Positions 11,801 through 20,058 of a DNA stretch of 64,000 nt are shown here, in pieces. The stretch covers positions 85,818 to 149,817 of IMG/VR virus record IMGVR_UViG_3300043391_000853. One strand, given 5' to 3'. The DNA comes from a virus (Duplodnaviria > Caudoviricetes). The notes below the pieces were generated by a model. It searched no databases and was not told the origin of the DNA. It saw nothing but the letters and a program-made list of their open reading frames with translations. The translations under genes were made by a program, and so were the position numbers. The stretch's first letter is position 1. Every line of letters begins with the position of its first letter.

Positions 11801-12063
11801 ACTAGATTTTCAGGAGATATGATAATCTCATTGAGGGGCTCTAAATTTTCGAGATTGGTAAATATTACACGCAGCGCTCCTGTGTTTGTCTTCTCTAGCC
11901 TAGAGATGAATACTCTCCTGATCGCGTTATCGTACGATACGAAAAGAATATCGTAGAACCAGTCGTCGCTCAACGGATGGTTAAGTTGCGTAGTGCTTGG
12001 TTGCCTCTTCCTAAAAGGATATGAGGTTAAACTATTTAAAGTTAAATACTCAAGTGCTGCCAT
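2872..12063 (-). CDS. Giant tail fibre/adhesin (3063 aa): adaptor domain, about 5 He_PIG Ig-like, 2 carboxypeptidase-regulatory-like and about 15 fibronectin type III repeats
   Basis: LPxGLxxxxxTGxxxG repeats; YSITGRV...TGSDGTYQISTLSPGSY; repeated GGSAIxxYEYSxDG...LTNGxxYxIRLRAVNxxGxG. Confidence 0.85.
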   Translation of the reverse strand: MAALEYLTLNSLTSYPFRKRQPSTTQLNHPLSDDWFYDILFVSYDNAIRRVFISRLEKTNTGALRVIFTNLENLEPLNEIIISPENLVNHRVNTDSSFAYASFARFSVKFVFGAGLVEKDAFSQVYSYSSTDRYVETELSSGAIILNAPRVDNINFEAYDTVRARDEDVPDEPFIVAAYPSLTELPIVVSPRHNSSFILTSINVGDLYVAPGLGAGLYDPCTQKGEITDVYSVNRVFPNTEGALFLKTSNCYVANVLTANDEILLGEYLDPYREFVINLPDGDTANFDAVHAGHGIYLQNFCKPKCAPEILGAFAHYLNRIEDASKELANIAFSATELRGKCSETSSSILSTSFCVLDADNPFVRCSDPSHPEYVHCSTEGFKKYFHEGRTLQVQFNVGDVREFKIIEVVSPTSVKVDKPLGGASNLYFRVVDNGVIGNMNCAVSAYNQGTETILNPYFKVKHTTTEAYAPSGDYVTYLTLAVAIFNPSSETVGISVAFNPTALTRQGDFKVRTKETVSIVDTPSVTLGCRDYAFIEAVYYIKCETYNGELDIDVFNVTKNNTKIGDTYTIANIDGAGCPDGGLNAGGSVTYDVSQGTWASFEKTFTVANLASIQSAYGDIPSWIDYGVGAGAVTLNITSRPTQTSTKTFIFFLKFALTTVGSIVYRITLNYKPLPVILSPLAKSYTSSFPLNISSDTIYTAEEPLLQVIASNMTSDTQAVYSASMIGATDLPGALVFNTQTGVLTGSLGSQVLDNTSFSILLSCSNSAGAAADPQVINLAVKSNNPPVIAFSAQTPGPSFAITNLVTYTSSAPLIALQATNAPIFEYSLVGELPTGLLFNNATGQVIGKLTETSSGSRTVYASARNVYGSSSLLPIDIIYTVGFAPTISYPVSSYNFNVGLYSTTTLSSPLFTVAATQALGGTNLNDANLPEAARNVYSAAGLPPGFQIAPTTGKVYGSLSSTEIPTEIPFAYSKKYNFTVYVTNPVGRAALNLSVTFSATSGPVINNIAENSRFTVSKNKTYTKQAALFRITAIGTASFSAENLPPGLTCSPDGYIIGTVQNAAVARQYSVKLHASNADGDNTVNCTITVPISIVSPVTETNYNLQINQANANIAQILTCSTYDNATVTLTAESLPPGITLVNNTLAGTPTQTGSYLVKISASTADYETSAILLNIAVLRVLYSITGRVASASLVPVAGVKVSIDSTRYATTGSDGTYQISTLSPGSYSLIATKDNYYIAAIGNVTIGSSNVTGVNFTATGPARTISGSITTSSGIPIEGAAMSGGINTPTSNTDGSYVVYVEYDESVVITPSSAFFAFSPSTYSVSAGAANLGSINFTAAPASIPTEPTSIQITSNDGSLSVGFTAPVSDGGSAIVRYEYSLDGASFVSGETAVSPVNITGLTNGTTYSIRLRAVNATGAGVTSLTYTAVPYTVPGAPTIVSPIAGYDKQLLVRITENAVYAGTPTTDLEYSTDGGTTFISSGVASSPININKQSSDSSALLNAVAYSIVVRASNIKGIGASSAAVSGTPVSDTTITTEVAGAPTGVTYVPGDKSVTISFTPPVNTGGVAILNYRYSVDNGANFTTITPATGAVSSFTITKNALNEDLVNGQVYPLYIGAITIDGELPVTGTSLLVKPGKTPEVPTNISVGAGSKRLLISFGPPANTGGYDITGYQYSVDGGAFVSTNSTESLIVITNLNNGQSYSIRIRAVNSLGVGAISTPIVKSPVEPPSPPSIVTPVETYNGGVRFDFNAPTSTGGAAISRYEYSLTVNESWLVATILAPQAGGTGRIQIANLSNGINYPLRLRAVNAAGSVSPSSTAVRFTPIGVPTAPYINSLNQLTSTSFRINFQAPVSNGGGDISGYIYSTNNGVSYSSKVTTRENAIIVTGLTLGSTYNVVLKAVNSAGNGLASVAISITMYLIYSPPTIITPIISKDQGLDVTFTAPSNAPFGLGVSYQYSINGGLTWSTAAVTLGTVPNTLKTSITGLNNGQLYSIALRAKRPTSNGEQSDLVSAYPALVPGIPTNINVASGDGKLIVSFTAPSTGGSPIIDYKCSLNNGPLFTLNQNSSPLTISSLRNGSPYYVRIAAVNLAGTGELSSNPQNTTMPGITPAAPTNVKINTYSLPGGHITFTVPDSGTNSITGYDYSLNNGLTWTTVNSTAQPLNVPSASLTVGTEYYFKIRAFSTLGKGAESGVITKKWGTPEEPTELECTTTSLTIANAYFKAPNAHWLTPVQNYEYRLGANLPWKTVQTGTDIPLAITDLKEKVSYNLQVRAINSVGAGLPSDVFILNQGSPSAPTVYRLELVYVPVYRVSKDLNYQTYPSSSGNSITGDAAYGDATYIDDIGNKRYLQIYFIPCDFDGGSAIASYEYSFDGGETFKKATADEKRYLETNSATEISYATDLDSPLTAYIPAVVDPVDSGVTVNYDIRIRAINANGNIGYTSKKYTEPPTPPSEVEVIKILRAGKLATVFFNAPIIKGAPSVRYQYAITAINMQPIYSNPPAGQNRVLLGYDAESVGLLYEAGYTDISEDSIDSDKLTARITLQEALITFVISIRAVNSYGMMGPSNKHLAEIEEGLGFVNLYRDTINPVTGKYAYTTYDKVKFPGVAVGFGDGLNTPLTQTKNYEYSTIAQAPTVNVSAITSGVNYISIPYTFSQDAIGVYSDYRLEYSLNGGVSYNQTELRFDGTPLIIAKGLAAGSTYTVRLRVAAYVQYLQDLAKPDGEKLNYSRGVATDDIIVKTLPYGASPPTILESNTTFDSDNIPTTVISFLPVPAGTVGVTGYELSLNDGPFVGGILSTATTLSLRDHAYPLIVRMRASTILAPGEASRPFNVVLPPALPRKFSIAVYTIKQGMRFGVLLPNAYTNLKRRDNLPVTGYSVNYSTDGVNFSGFFVFSSLQSLDLYVASDPAADYGYIPNMFISGDRIPGYPTLSYNAGTTIKNFLDDAIALSVVPKVFKFPQIPSEAGFVGYAGWPAADQWGTFDPPVPAPPKPNVTVPKLGTTKIEGVPVPASLHDAEIIASGVELGYNSHIYVKVAAINSLGMGPYSDVVQAQVQP

Positions 12064-12074
12064 ATATTTAAGCC

Positions 12075-12103
12075 ATTGTAGCAGCTACACCGGACACGCG
12101 CAA
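12075..12103 (-). promoter_or_regulatory. Sigma70-like promoter of the giant fibre gene
   Basis: TTGCGC-N17-TACAAT with TG extension, 11 nt before the ATG at 12063. Confidence 0.55.
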
Positions 12104-12990
12104 TTTGAGTTTATTGTAGAAAGATACGTCGTAAGCTGGTTGTTGACGTTATTATAACTACCTTTGAGGTCTAGGAATTTATTTTCAAGCGATGTCAATC
12201 TACCTGTCAGCTCTTCCAGGTCATTACAACCGGAACACGGCGTGCAGCAGGTGTCTTCTATGTCTAGTGTATATGAAGCTGAGCTATACACTCTTATGCA
12301 GTTTATGCCATACAAACCTACATCTCCAGTAGAAGGATCTGGCGCGACACCGTTGATGGATTTGACACAATTATTTACAGCACACTGCTTACTGAGGCCA
12401 AGGTTATCACCAGCATCCAAAAGCACTCTGTGTACATCCTCGGCATAACTAAATTTAAGATTTGCTCTAGATGTAAGTATCACATCTCCCGACAGTGTGC
12501 TTTCACCGTTCAGTGTGTCGATAAATGTGATTCTATCAATACCCTGCATGGAAGGGATTATAGTTCTAGGTTCAAACTCGGTGGATGCTGGAGTGAATTT
12601 GAAAGAGCCTGCAGGTTGTTTGGATAGGTCTTCAAACGTACCTATTGTTATTTTGCCGTTAGTTCCGGCGTATCTAGGTGAGGCGACTATAAAATAATCG
12701 CTGTCCTGCATATGTGAGGCTCTAGCTATTTCAAAAGTGCCTACACTATTCTGAGAGCCGTCCTGCCGGAGGTCGCTTATTTCTATCGTTACTGCGGTTA
12801 GCTTATTAAAGATTTTAGATATGAAAAACCTTCTAGAGACATCGCTAGATGCGCAGAGAGAAAAGTCTACTATGAAAGTGTCGGGTATCGAGAATACGCC
12901 GTCGTCGCTAGCTGCACTAGTTCCTTCTCTTAAGGGGAATCTGCGTAGCGAGTTTAAGTCTGTCCAATCTAAGCTATCGATCCAGGGCAT
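12085..12990 (-). CDS. Tail fibre/baseplate adaptor paralog with Cys cluster and C-terminal coiled coil
   Basis: LDWTDLNSLRRFPL, SIPDTFIVDF, VKSINGVAPD, CCTPCSGC, heptad segment, CACPV end. Confidence 0.6.
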   Translation of the reverse strand: MPWIDSLDWTDLNSLRRFPLREGTSAASDDGVFSIPDTFIVDFSLCASSDVSRRFFISKIFNKLTAVTIEISDLRQDGSQNSVGTFEIARASHMQDSDYFIVASPRYAGTNGKITIGTFEDLSKQPAGSFKFTPASTEFEPRTIIPSMQGIDRITFIDTLNGESTLSGDVILTSRANLKFSYAEDVHRVLLDAGDNLGLSKQCAVNNCVKSINGVAPDPSTGDVGLYGINCIRVYSSASYTLDIEDTCCTPCSGCNDLEELTGRLTSLENKFLDLKGSYNNVNNQLTTYLSTINSNCACPV

Positions 12991-12999
12991 AGTATTTTA

Positions 13000-15447
13000 T
13001 TATGTTGCTGGGATTTCCCAATATGTGGCCAACAATCCTATATTGCCTGTGTATGAGTTCGCCAGAGGAGAAGTTCTTAATATTTTGAAATTTACTACAG
13101 ACTCTTCCTTTATGTACTGTGCCGGGACAACAAGATCGGTGTGTGATATTCTTCGTGACGTGAAGGGGTTGTAGGCCATTCCTGCATCCATAATATTGAA
13201 CTCTACAGGATTAACCACAGGCGCGTATTTGGTGGTGTTAACTATTGTGTAGTCTGACCTGGTTGCTCCGTTTGAGGCTGTCACAACAGCATATTCAAAT
13301 TGGAAAGCTACAGCTCTATTTAATGAGCTTGTTTGCAGCAATGTGTCTCCAAATATATGGAACACCAGTCTGAGTGGGCGGTTATTCGTATAACCTGCAG
13401 GCAATACAATTTTACCGATTAAACCATAAGGAGTCGCCGATGGTGGAGGCAGTTTGATGTATGAGGACAGCTCCCTGAATTCCAGTCTGGCGTTAATAGG
13501 TTCTATAGAGTCTACTTGTCCTGAAGATCCTTGCGCAGCGTAATTGATTGACCATACACCTGTACCTGGGGTCTGTTCAGTGACGGTTATTCCTCCTGTG
13601 CCTAAGAGTCTTGCCACAACAGAAGTTGTCGCTGCTTTAAACTTGCCTTCAGGTTTTGAATATTTCAGCGCAGCTATTGCACGATTCGAGGTATATGTCT
13701 CTGCTGTATTGAGAGGATATGTGAAGTTTGCGTTGTCCGTATACCCTGCAACGTCGATTTGTGCGTCAATATCTACGAACAAATCTCCTGTGTGGCTTCC
13801 TTTGTAAGTCTCTCCTTCTTTAGTGTAAAATTTTATAAAGTTGGAAGCGTTGGTATTGCCTTCAAGATTGAAGGCTGTTAACGAGCTTACAAGTTGTGTT
13901 CTGAGTGCAGGGTTAAATTTGGAGAAGCTTAAAAATATATTTTTCCTACTGGCTTCCAGATCAGGCTTTATATCGTCTGCCCAATTATGTGGAGATCCCG
14001 TCGTGCTGTTTGTTGGGTACTCCGAAGACCATGGCTGCTCGCCATCTTTATCTGAATGCCACCACAGTCCATACTCGTTAATCGAGTACATTCCATCGAC
14101 GTCATATATGTCACTATAGCGGATCAGTGCACCGTTAATGTATAATTGTACAAAGTTGGCAGGTATAGGTGGTAGATACTTATTAAGCTCTAGAGCTTCG
14201 TCACGTTCAAAATTAACAACCTGTGAGTCAGACTGACCATCGCTAATCAGTTGTGTGTCAAGCCCGGTATCTAAGAGCATTTGCGACTCGGGAGGAATGC
14301 TGTAAAAGAACTTAGCTCCTACAGGTTTCGCCGTATTCGTGTCCCCTACAGGGATCCATCCCAACCTGTTCTTATAGTTGTAAACTGAAAGCGTCCACTT
14401 ACTGCCCAACGTGAAATTGGTGGACCCTGTGAAGTTTAACTTGAGGTTGTTGTTTAGATTAGTGTCTACAAATAATACCTTATCTGCATCCAATCCCACG
14501 TTAGTCTGTTCAATATCTTGATTGTTTTTTTCAGAGCTGATTTTAAACTTGGCTGCTGTTGGAACGCCTCCTGTAGTTACTTCGATTGTGTAAACGTCGT
14601 GATCGACTTTAACTAATGTTGTAGCATTGTTTGCATCTACACCTAGTATGTAGCCTTCGTAAGCAGTAGAGGTATTTGATACAGTGACTCCTGCAACGCT
14701 GCCCGAATCTGCTACATAAGTTGGAGGGCTATTAAAGCTTGTTGTAGTAATACTCCATATATTGCTGCCACTTTTACTCGGGATGCCTGCCACACGATCA
14801 AGTACGTGGTATCTGTAATTTATAAAAAATTGTGAAAACTCATCTACGTTGGTGTGTAGCAAAAATTTTCTTTTACTAATCGCGTAGCCTACATATACAG
14901 GAATACCTGAAGGGTCCCTTGTAATTTTTCCGTTATCTTTAGCTGAAAGGTAGTATGGACCTACCGCAAAAGACTCCCTATTACCTCCAGATTGCTTCTG
15001 TATAAGTCCTCTTACAGGGTCATCTAAATCTACATGTAGTTCACACAAGCCCTCCGTATAGATATCGGCTGTACGGGTCTTTGGATATATTGCCTTAATC
15101 AACCCAAAAGTATAATTTGAGTTGTTTGGCGAGAACATGTTCGATGAGGTGTCAGATGAGAATCCTGTAAGTCCTCGAGCCACACCCTCACCATTATTAT
15201 CACTTTTAAAGTAAACTAGGTTAAGTTCATTTTGTACCAGTGTTTCACCAGGGTGTATAGGCTGACCAAAGCTTATCAGTACGGACTTACCTTGTAGCTC
15301 CTCAAACTTCTCATACAGATGCTGCTCTCTCTGGGTGAGTTGATCAATAGGTACGTTTACGGTGGCCTGGTCAACGGCCTCACCATCTTTTATCTTTCTA
15401 ACTATAGGGAGCCAAGGAGTAATACTCATATTATTAAACTGGTACAA
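13000..15447 (-). CDS. Baseplate/tail-fibre attachment structural protein
   Basis: N-terminal IKDGEAV...NVPIDQLTQREQHL resembles fibre-anchoring N-termini; follows wedge genes; contains a domain shared with the sheath. Confidence 0.5.
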   Translation of the reverse strand: MYQFNNMSITPWLPIVRKIKDGEAVDQATVNVPIDQLTQREQHLYEKFEELQGKSVLISFGQPIHPGETLVQNELNLVYFKSDNNGEGVARGLTGFSSDTSSNMFSPNNSNYTFGLIKAIYPKTRTADIYTEGLCELHVDLDDPVRGLIQKQSGGNRESFAVGPYYLSAKDNGKITRDPSGIPVYVGYAISKRKFLLHTNVDEFSQFFINYRYHVLDRVAGIPSKSGSNIWSITTTSFNSPPTYVADSGSVAGVTVSNTSTAYEGYILGVDANNATTLVKVDHDVYTIEVTTGGVPTAAKFKISSEKNNQDIEQTNVGLDADKVLFVDTNLNNNLKLNFTGSTNFTLGSKWTLSVYNYKNRLGWIPVGDTNTAKPVGAKFFYSIPPESQMLLDTGLDTQLISDGQSDSQVVNFERDEALELNKYLPPIPANFVQLYINGALIRYSDIYDVDGMYSINEYGLWWHSDKDGEQPWSSEYPTNSTTGSPHNWADDIKPDLEASRKNIFLSFSKFNPALRTQLVSSLTAFNLEGNTNASNFIKFYTKEGETYKGSHTGDLFVDIDAQIDVAGYTDNANFTYPLNTAETYTSNRAIAALKYSKPEGKFKAATTSVVARLLGTGGITVTEQTPGTGVWSINYAAQGSSGQVDSIEPINARLEFRELSSYIKLPPPSATPYGLIGKIVLPAGYTNNRPLRLVFHIFGDTLLQTSSLNRAVAFQFEYAVVTASNGATRSDYTIVNTTKYAPVVNPVEFNIMDAGMAYNPFTSRRISHTDLVVPAQYIKEESVVNFKILRTSPLANSYTGNIGLLATYWEIPAT

Positions 15448-16015
15448 TTATTCTTACACCCCAAGTAATTGTAAAATTATAATTTGAATTGTATTGAATA
15501 GGGTTGAAGCTTGTTCTTGAAAACACTGTGTCTCTTGCGGGATTCGAGACATCCGGAGCAGATACCAGTGCCACCTCATACAGCTGACTGGCTGCGTTGA
15601 AGTCGGCACCTCCGGCCTTGGAGGCTGTTGTAATCATTGTAGAAAACAAGACGGTATTTTCGTATGACTCGTACCCTGGAGACGCTAGGTAGTTTGGGGT
15701 AAACGTAAGAGGTTCTCTTAAGTACCCTAGAGGGGCCACGTAGTCTATAAACGGGGATGAGTAGTCTACATCTATGATCGGTGGCGGTGGAGTACCTATA
15801 CCGTTATAGTAGCCCATATACATTCCCCAGATCTTCGCCTCTGGCTTACCTCCTAAGGCATGTGCGATAATTTGCGCACCTCCCTTAAGGATCATGTTCT
15901 GTTTTTCTACGACAAGCTCCGACAATCCTGTAGTTTTGCTTGTTTTCCAGATTTTTATAAACCCGGTAAGCCCTTTACTTGTTGTCAATGTTTCAGTGTT
16001 AGACATAAGGTACAT
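15434..16015 (-). CDS. Baseplate wedge-associated protein
   Basis: GFIKIW...KQNMILKGGAQIIAHAL N-terminus and ITWGVRI end; lies between wedge and fibre genes. Confidence 0.45.
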   Translation of the reverse strand: MYLMSNTETLTTSKGLTGFIKIWKTSKTTGLSELVVEKQNMILKGGAQIIAHALGGKPEAKIWGMYMGYYNGIGTPPPPIIDVDYSSPFIDYVAPLGYLREPLTFTPNYLASPGYESYENTVLFSTMITTASKAGGADFNAASQLYEVALVSAPDVSNPARDTVFSRTSFNPIQYNSNYNFTITWGVRIIVPV

Positions 16016-16030
16016 TATATTTCGTTTTTA

Positions 16031-17893
16031 TTAAAAGTCGATTAATAAGATTGCCGGTATTTCTCTGTTGGAGGGTGTCCTGTATGTTGACTCTCCTGGC
16101 GATCTTACTGAGTCAGGTATCTCGGTTCTTAGCATACCGCTTTTAATCCCTGCTGAGGAACCTGTCTCCGTGGAGTTGTCTGCGCTGATCTCATCCAGGT
16201 TGTCGTATACGTGTAGGGGTGCTTTGGTTGCACTATTTCCCTGTACCGTATTCTTGTAAGGTCCCATAGCCACACAGAAAACTCTGTTTATGTAATCTTT
16301 GTAGTAATTCTCATCTCCTGGAAAGCTGCCTGGGCGTGCCCCTGTAGATGCTATGGCTCCGTCACAACTAAAAACTGTTGACGGATAAGCGTTAAGTTTA
16401 AACGCATTATTCAAATTAGCTAATTGGTCTACAGGTAGCTGCAACTTAAGATAGATCAGAATATATACGTGAGAAGGTAGATATTTTTGTAGTGCTGGTA
16501 ACAAATTAAAGAACAGTGACAACTGCTCAGAGGAGTAAAACTCAAGCTTGAGCAGCAGTGTATTGTTTTTGACAAAATTCTCAAATACGAAGTCTACAGG
16601 ATTTATGTACAACGACGAGGAAGCATCTTTTGTCATATGTAGCTTGCTTAAGATTTCGCTACGTCGGCTTTCCTCGTTTATATAAATCTGAAACGCCTCC
16701 ACATCTTCAGGTCTGCCTTGTACAGGAAATACCAGTCGCTTGTAAGTAGGTTCGTTGTCCCTACCTACAATGTATCGAATCTCTTTAGTGTCATTCTCGA
16801 AAAATAACTGATTTTTATTATCTGCATCAAAAACGTAAGACGCGAACGCGAGTTTTGATGACTGTATTTCAGTTTTCCACCACACAGGATCTACCAGTAC
16901 GTCTGTAACTTTTACATTAGTGCTGATTATTGTCCCGGCCTTCAGCTTGTTGCCTGGAAGGACATCGTCATTCAGCTCTTGGTCTCTAGGTAATCTATAG
17001 ACATTCTTATCAGTTACAACATAAGCGTAATTAGCGTCCTGATAGATATCCTCTACATTTTCAATAGGCTCTATCACTACAGGGGCAGCTGCCAGGGCAG
17101 CAAAAGCTGTACTCAAAGCCGAGATAGTCGGTGCTTCCACAGCCAAGTTCATTAGTGCTTTTAAGATTTCTTTATATGCTTCAGATGTAGGTAATATCAA
17201 ATCGAACAATGTGCCAAAATTCGCATAAAGCGCTTCATTGTCTAACTCAGCATGGTAAATCCAGAGAATTATAAGCTCGTCTTGCTGTATTTTACCTTCC
17301 AGATCTATGAAGGTGGCAGGAACACCTAACTCACCAGCCAGTATTGTTTTTGGTATGTATGGGTTGTTAAATAGGTCGTTGTTGAAGAACAATGTGCCGT
17401 TCTTGAAGAATACATCTACTCCGTGTATCTGTAGTGCTGTAGGCGCAATCAACCTATTTGCAATTAAACTAAACTTCTTTAAGTTGAACTTGGGCGTAAA
17501 GCTGAACGCACTCTTCCCGTCAGTTTGTTTAGAGTAGCCGAACCTAAAAAGCTGGTTAGCGTAAAACTGATCCGACTCAGGCTGTACACCGAACACGGCG
17601 GCGTCTGACTCGAAAACAAAAGGAGCTTTGTTGAATTCGGATTTTTTGATTAATAAGGGTTGCCATTTTTCTCTATGTAATAGAGGGATCTCTTTGACGG
17701 AATATTGCTGCAGTACTTCAGTTAGTTTGTAGTACGCCTGTATAAGCTCTTCAGCCATACCTAGCGTGTAGCCTTGCAGGGCAGTCTTGTCTTGGAATAT
17801 CTGGGTCCAAAAAGATCCTAGCGACCTATAAAGATACTGCCCGTCGGTGACGTCCGCAGCTGGAAACTTGCTGGGTAATAGTGTGATGCTCAT
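16031..17893 (-). CDS. Baseplate wedge subunit (gpI/gp7-like)
   Basis: Directly downstream of the J-like gene; LYRSLGSFW start and LQKYLPSHV motif. Confidence 0.5.
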   Translation of the reverse strand: MSITLLPSKFPAADVTDGQYLYRSLGSFWTQIFQDKTALQGYTLGMAEELIQAYYKLTEVLQQYSVKEIPLLHREKWQPLLIKKSEFNKAPFVFESDAAVFGVQPESDQFYANQLFRFGYSKQTDGKSAFSFTPKFNLKKFSLIANRLIAPTALQIHGVDVFFKNGTLFFNNDLFNNPYIPKTILAGELGVPATFIDLEGKIQQDELIILWIYHAELDNEALYANFGTLFDLILPTSEAYKEILKALMNLAVEAPTISALSTAFAALAAAPVVIEPIENVEDIYQDANYAYVVTDKNVYRLPRDQELNDDVLPGNKLKAGTIISTNVKVTDVLVDPVWWKTEIQSSKLAFASYVFDADNKNQLFFENDTKEIRYIVGRDNEPTYKRLVFPVQGRPEDVEAFQIYINEESRRSEILSKLHMTKDASSSLYINPVDFVFENFVKNNTLLLKLEFYSSEQLSLFFNLLPALQKYLPSHVYILIYLKLQLPVDQLANLNNAFKLNAYPSTVFSCDGAIASTGARPGSFPGDENYYKDYINRVFCVAMGPYKNTVQGNSATKAPLHVYDNLDEISADNSTETGSSAGIKSGMLRTEIPDSVRSPGESTYRTPSNREIPAILLIDF

Positions 17894-17894
17894 A

Positions 17895-19514
17895 CTAAGC
17901 GATAGTCAGCCCTATGTTGTCGATAGGATTAGTCTGTCCGTTTTCAACTCTGTAATAATCGATGAAATACTGCGTTGTTTTAGGAGTTACTCCTTTTTCT
18001 AAGCTATATGGAATGGTCAACATGTCTGTGTCGGTTATATACAGCGTTGTACCGTCAGGGCAAAGGACATTGCCTATCATTTCTATAGGTAGGTCCACTC
18101 TCTTGATGTCGTAATTGTGACACAGATCCACAAGTCTTGAGGCGTGCAGCTCTTCTCCGAAGGGTATAGTATTCACGTATGTAAATATATCTTTCTTCAA
18201 TTGCTGAAGGTTCAGAGATTCGTACGTATCTGTGGTCCTTTTTTTGATCAATGTGATATTTAATGATACCATACAAGGTACGACAGCTTTCACAAGATAG
18301 TCTGCACAAGCGAGCCTTTCTTCGTCCAAAAGCAGCATGTTCTGCATCTCCATTATATTTGGTTGATATGTAGCATGTACCGTGAATAACTGTGTACTTC
18401 CTACTGAATCTGGAGGAGGGCTGTATTTAAAGGATACTGTAGCCTCTTGGTATTTAGTGAACCTAGCATCCGCATTTGTATAAATTTCGTTATATCTTTC
18501 GCCTGGATACATTGCTTTTGTGTATACTGGAGGTGTAAACACCAATGTGCCTCCCAAATTAAGTGTTGTGGATTGCGGTATGATGGCTGTGATGCTGTAG
18601 AAACCGGGGATCTCGTAATTGGCTATGGACATGGTCCATGTATCTGCTCCTGTCTGTACGGCTTGTTTATTCATCAGGTGCTTAATCTCAGGTCCTACGC
18701 TTGATCTCACGTAAACATCAGCTTTACCAAATGTAGATATACCTAACACATTCTTCTTCGCTCTTGTCATTTCTGCGTCATTAGCTCCACATACAGACAA
18801 GGACTGAAACCCTGAAAAGGTGCTACTGAATTTTTTAAAAATACCTGCAGGAGATTCCAGTCTACTGTTGCCGAGGTTATATTTTATCTTGGCTAATAAC
18901 TCTTTATCTGTCTCTACAGCTTTGCCTGATGAGAAATTACCGTAAGCCTCAAGTTTCACTAAATTACTTATAAACTCTTTTGGGGTTAGTACAAAAGCTG
19001 TACCTGAACTTACCTGATAGTCAGGTCCCTCATTTTCGGCCTCTACATCAAGTAAAAAATAATACATGCCGTTGTCAGAATACATCTGAAGTTCTTCCAA
19101 GATAGCGGAGGGCTTTAAGCTTATTCGGACATCTTTGGTTAACACATAGTTTAAAGAGAGTGCAGGTTGAATGAATATAAAGCCTTCGTTAAAAGAGTAT
19201 GTGTCTGCCTCTGTAACGGTAACCTTTATTTTCCCTGTGACTTTTGTTCCCGTATTTCTCGTTGTGTTATAATTTGAGGCAACGAGATCCATTGCTGGAG
19301 AATACGTTTTAGTGCTTGAGGAATTGGCTACCTTGTATAACGTGTTCCCCTGGTCGATTGTCTGAATCGTGTTGTACTGCTCATTTTGAAGTACTGCCGC
19401 AAGTTTAATCAGCAACTCACTAATTACAGAGCCTGGGCCTGTTTCGACATCTGTATAATTCTCTTTTATAAAAGTAGCCAATCGATCTGTAGTGGCTTGA
19501 ATAAGTTCGCTCAT
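17895..19514 (-). CDS. Baseplate J-like wedge protein
   Basis: GPGSVISELL, VEAENEGPDYQV, SSGKAVETDKELLAKI and GKADVYV motifs typical of Baseplate_J. Confidence 0.85.
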   Translation of the reverse strand: MSELIQATTDRLATFIKENYTDVETGPGSVISELLIKLAAVLQNEQYNTIQTIDQGNTLYKVANSSSTKTYSPAMDLVASNYNTTRNTGTKVTGKIKVTVTEADTYSFNEGFIFIQPALSLNYVLTKDVRISLKPSAILEELQMYSDNGMYYFLLDVEAENEGPDYQVSSGTAFVLTPKEFISNLVKLEAYGNFSSGKAVETDKELLAKIKYNLGNSRLESPAGIFKKFSSTFSGFQSLSVCGANDAEMTRAKKNVLGISTFGKADVYVRSSVGPEIKHLMNKQAVQTGADTWTMSIANYEIPGFYSITAIIPQSTTLNLGGTLVFTPPVYTKAMYPGERYNEIYTNADARFTKYQEATVSFKYSPPPDSVGSTQLFTVHATYQPNIMEMQNMLLLDEERLACADYLVKAVVPCMVSLNITLIKKRTTDTYESLNLQQLKKDIFTYVNTIPFGEELHASRLVDLCHNYDIKRVDLPIEMIGNVLCPDGTTLYITDTDMLTIPYSLEKGVTPKTTQYFIDYYRVENGQTNPIDNIGLTIA

Positions 19515-19529
19515 ATAATTTTAAATAAG

Positions 19530-20054
19530 TTATTTCGGTAGCGGTACAATGAAGTCGACAGCATCCCCTGCTTCAGTACTTATAGCTACTTTAAATGCAA
19601 CGTAATCGCCTTGCAGTACAACGTCCAGTAGCTCAGCGTTAGCTATTCGCTCATCCAAGGGTACAATAGCCGCATTATCTATTTGGTAAGCTTTCAATAC
19701 ATTTACTGCCTCATAACTAGCTAACATGAAATACTGCGTGACCAGTAATTTGCCTGTCGGAGATACCCCAGCCTGCAGGTTTGGCATGAAGTCTGTACCA
19801 AAGGCTGCATAGAACGGTTGTGATCCGAGTCCTGTAAGTAAGATTATTGCATATTTCTGTATGAGTTTTTGCACTCCTGCACAATACCTTGTCTGGTTAC
19901 CGAACTTAGGGAACACGGTTTGCCTAGCCTTTAGGGCCTGACTCATAGAGAGTGATGTTACCGACTCGGGCGAAAAAGTAGGATCAGGGTATTGAAGTAT
20001 ACTTATATCCTTACGCCTGCCTGTGTAATCAGAAGTGATGCTTGCTACAGCCAT
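19530..20054 (-). CDS. Baseplate wedge gp25/gpW-like protein
   Basis: GVQKLIQKYAIILLTGLGSQPFYAAFGTDF...ERI; directly upstream of the J-like gene. Confidence 0.7.
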   Translation of the reverse strand: MAVASITSDYTGRRKDISILQYPDPTFSPESVTSLSMSQALKARQTVFPKFGNQTRYCAGVQKLIQKYAIILLTGLGSQPFYAAFGTDFMPNLQAGVSPTGKLLVTQYFMLASYEAVNVLKAYQIDNAAIVPLDERIANAELLDVVLQGDYVAFKVAISTEAGDAVDFIVPLPK

Positions 20055-20058
20055 AAAT

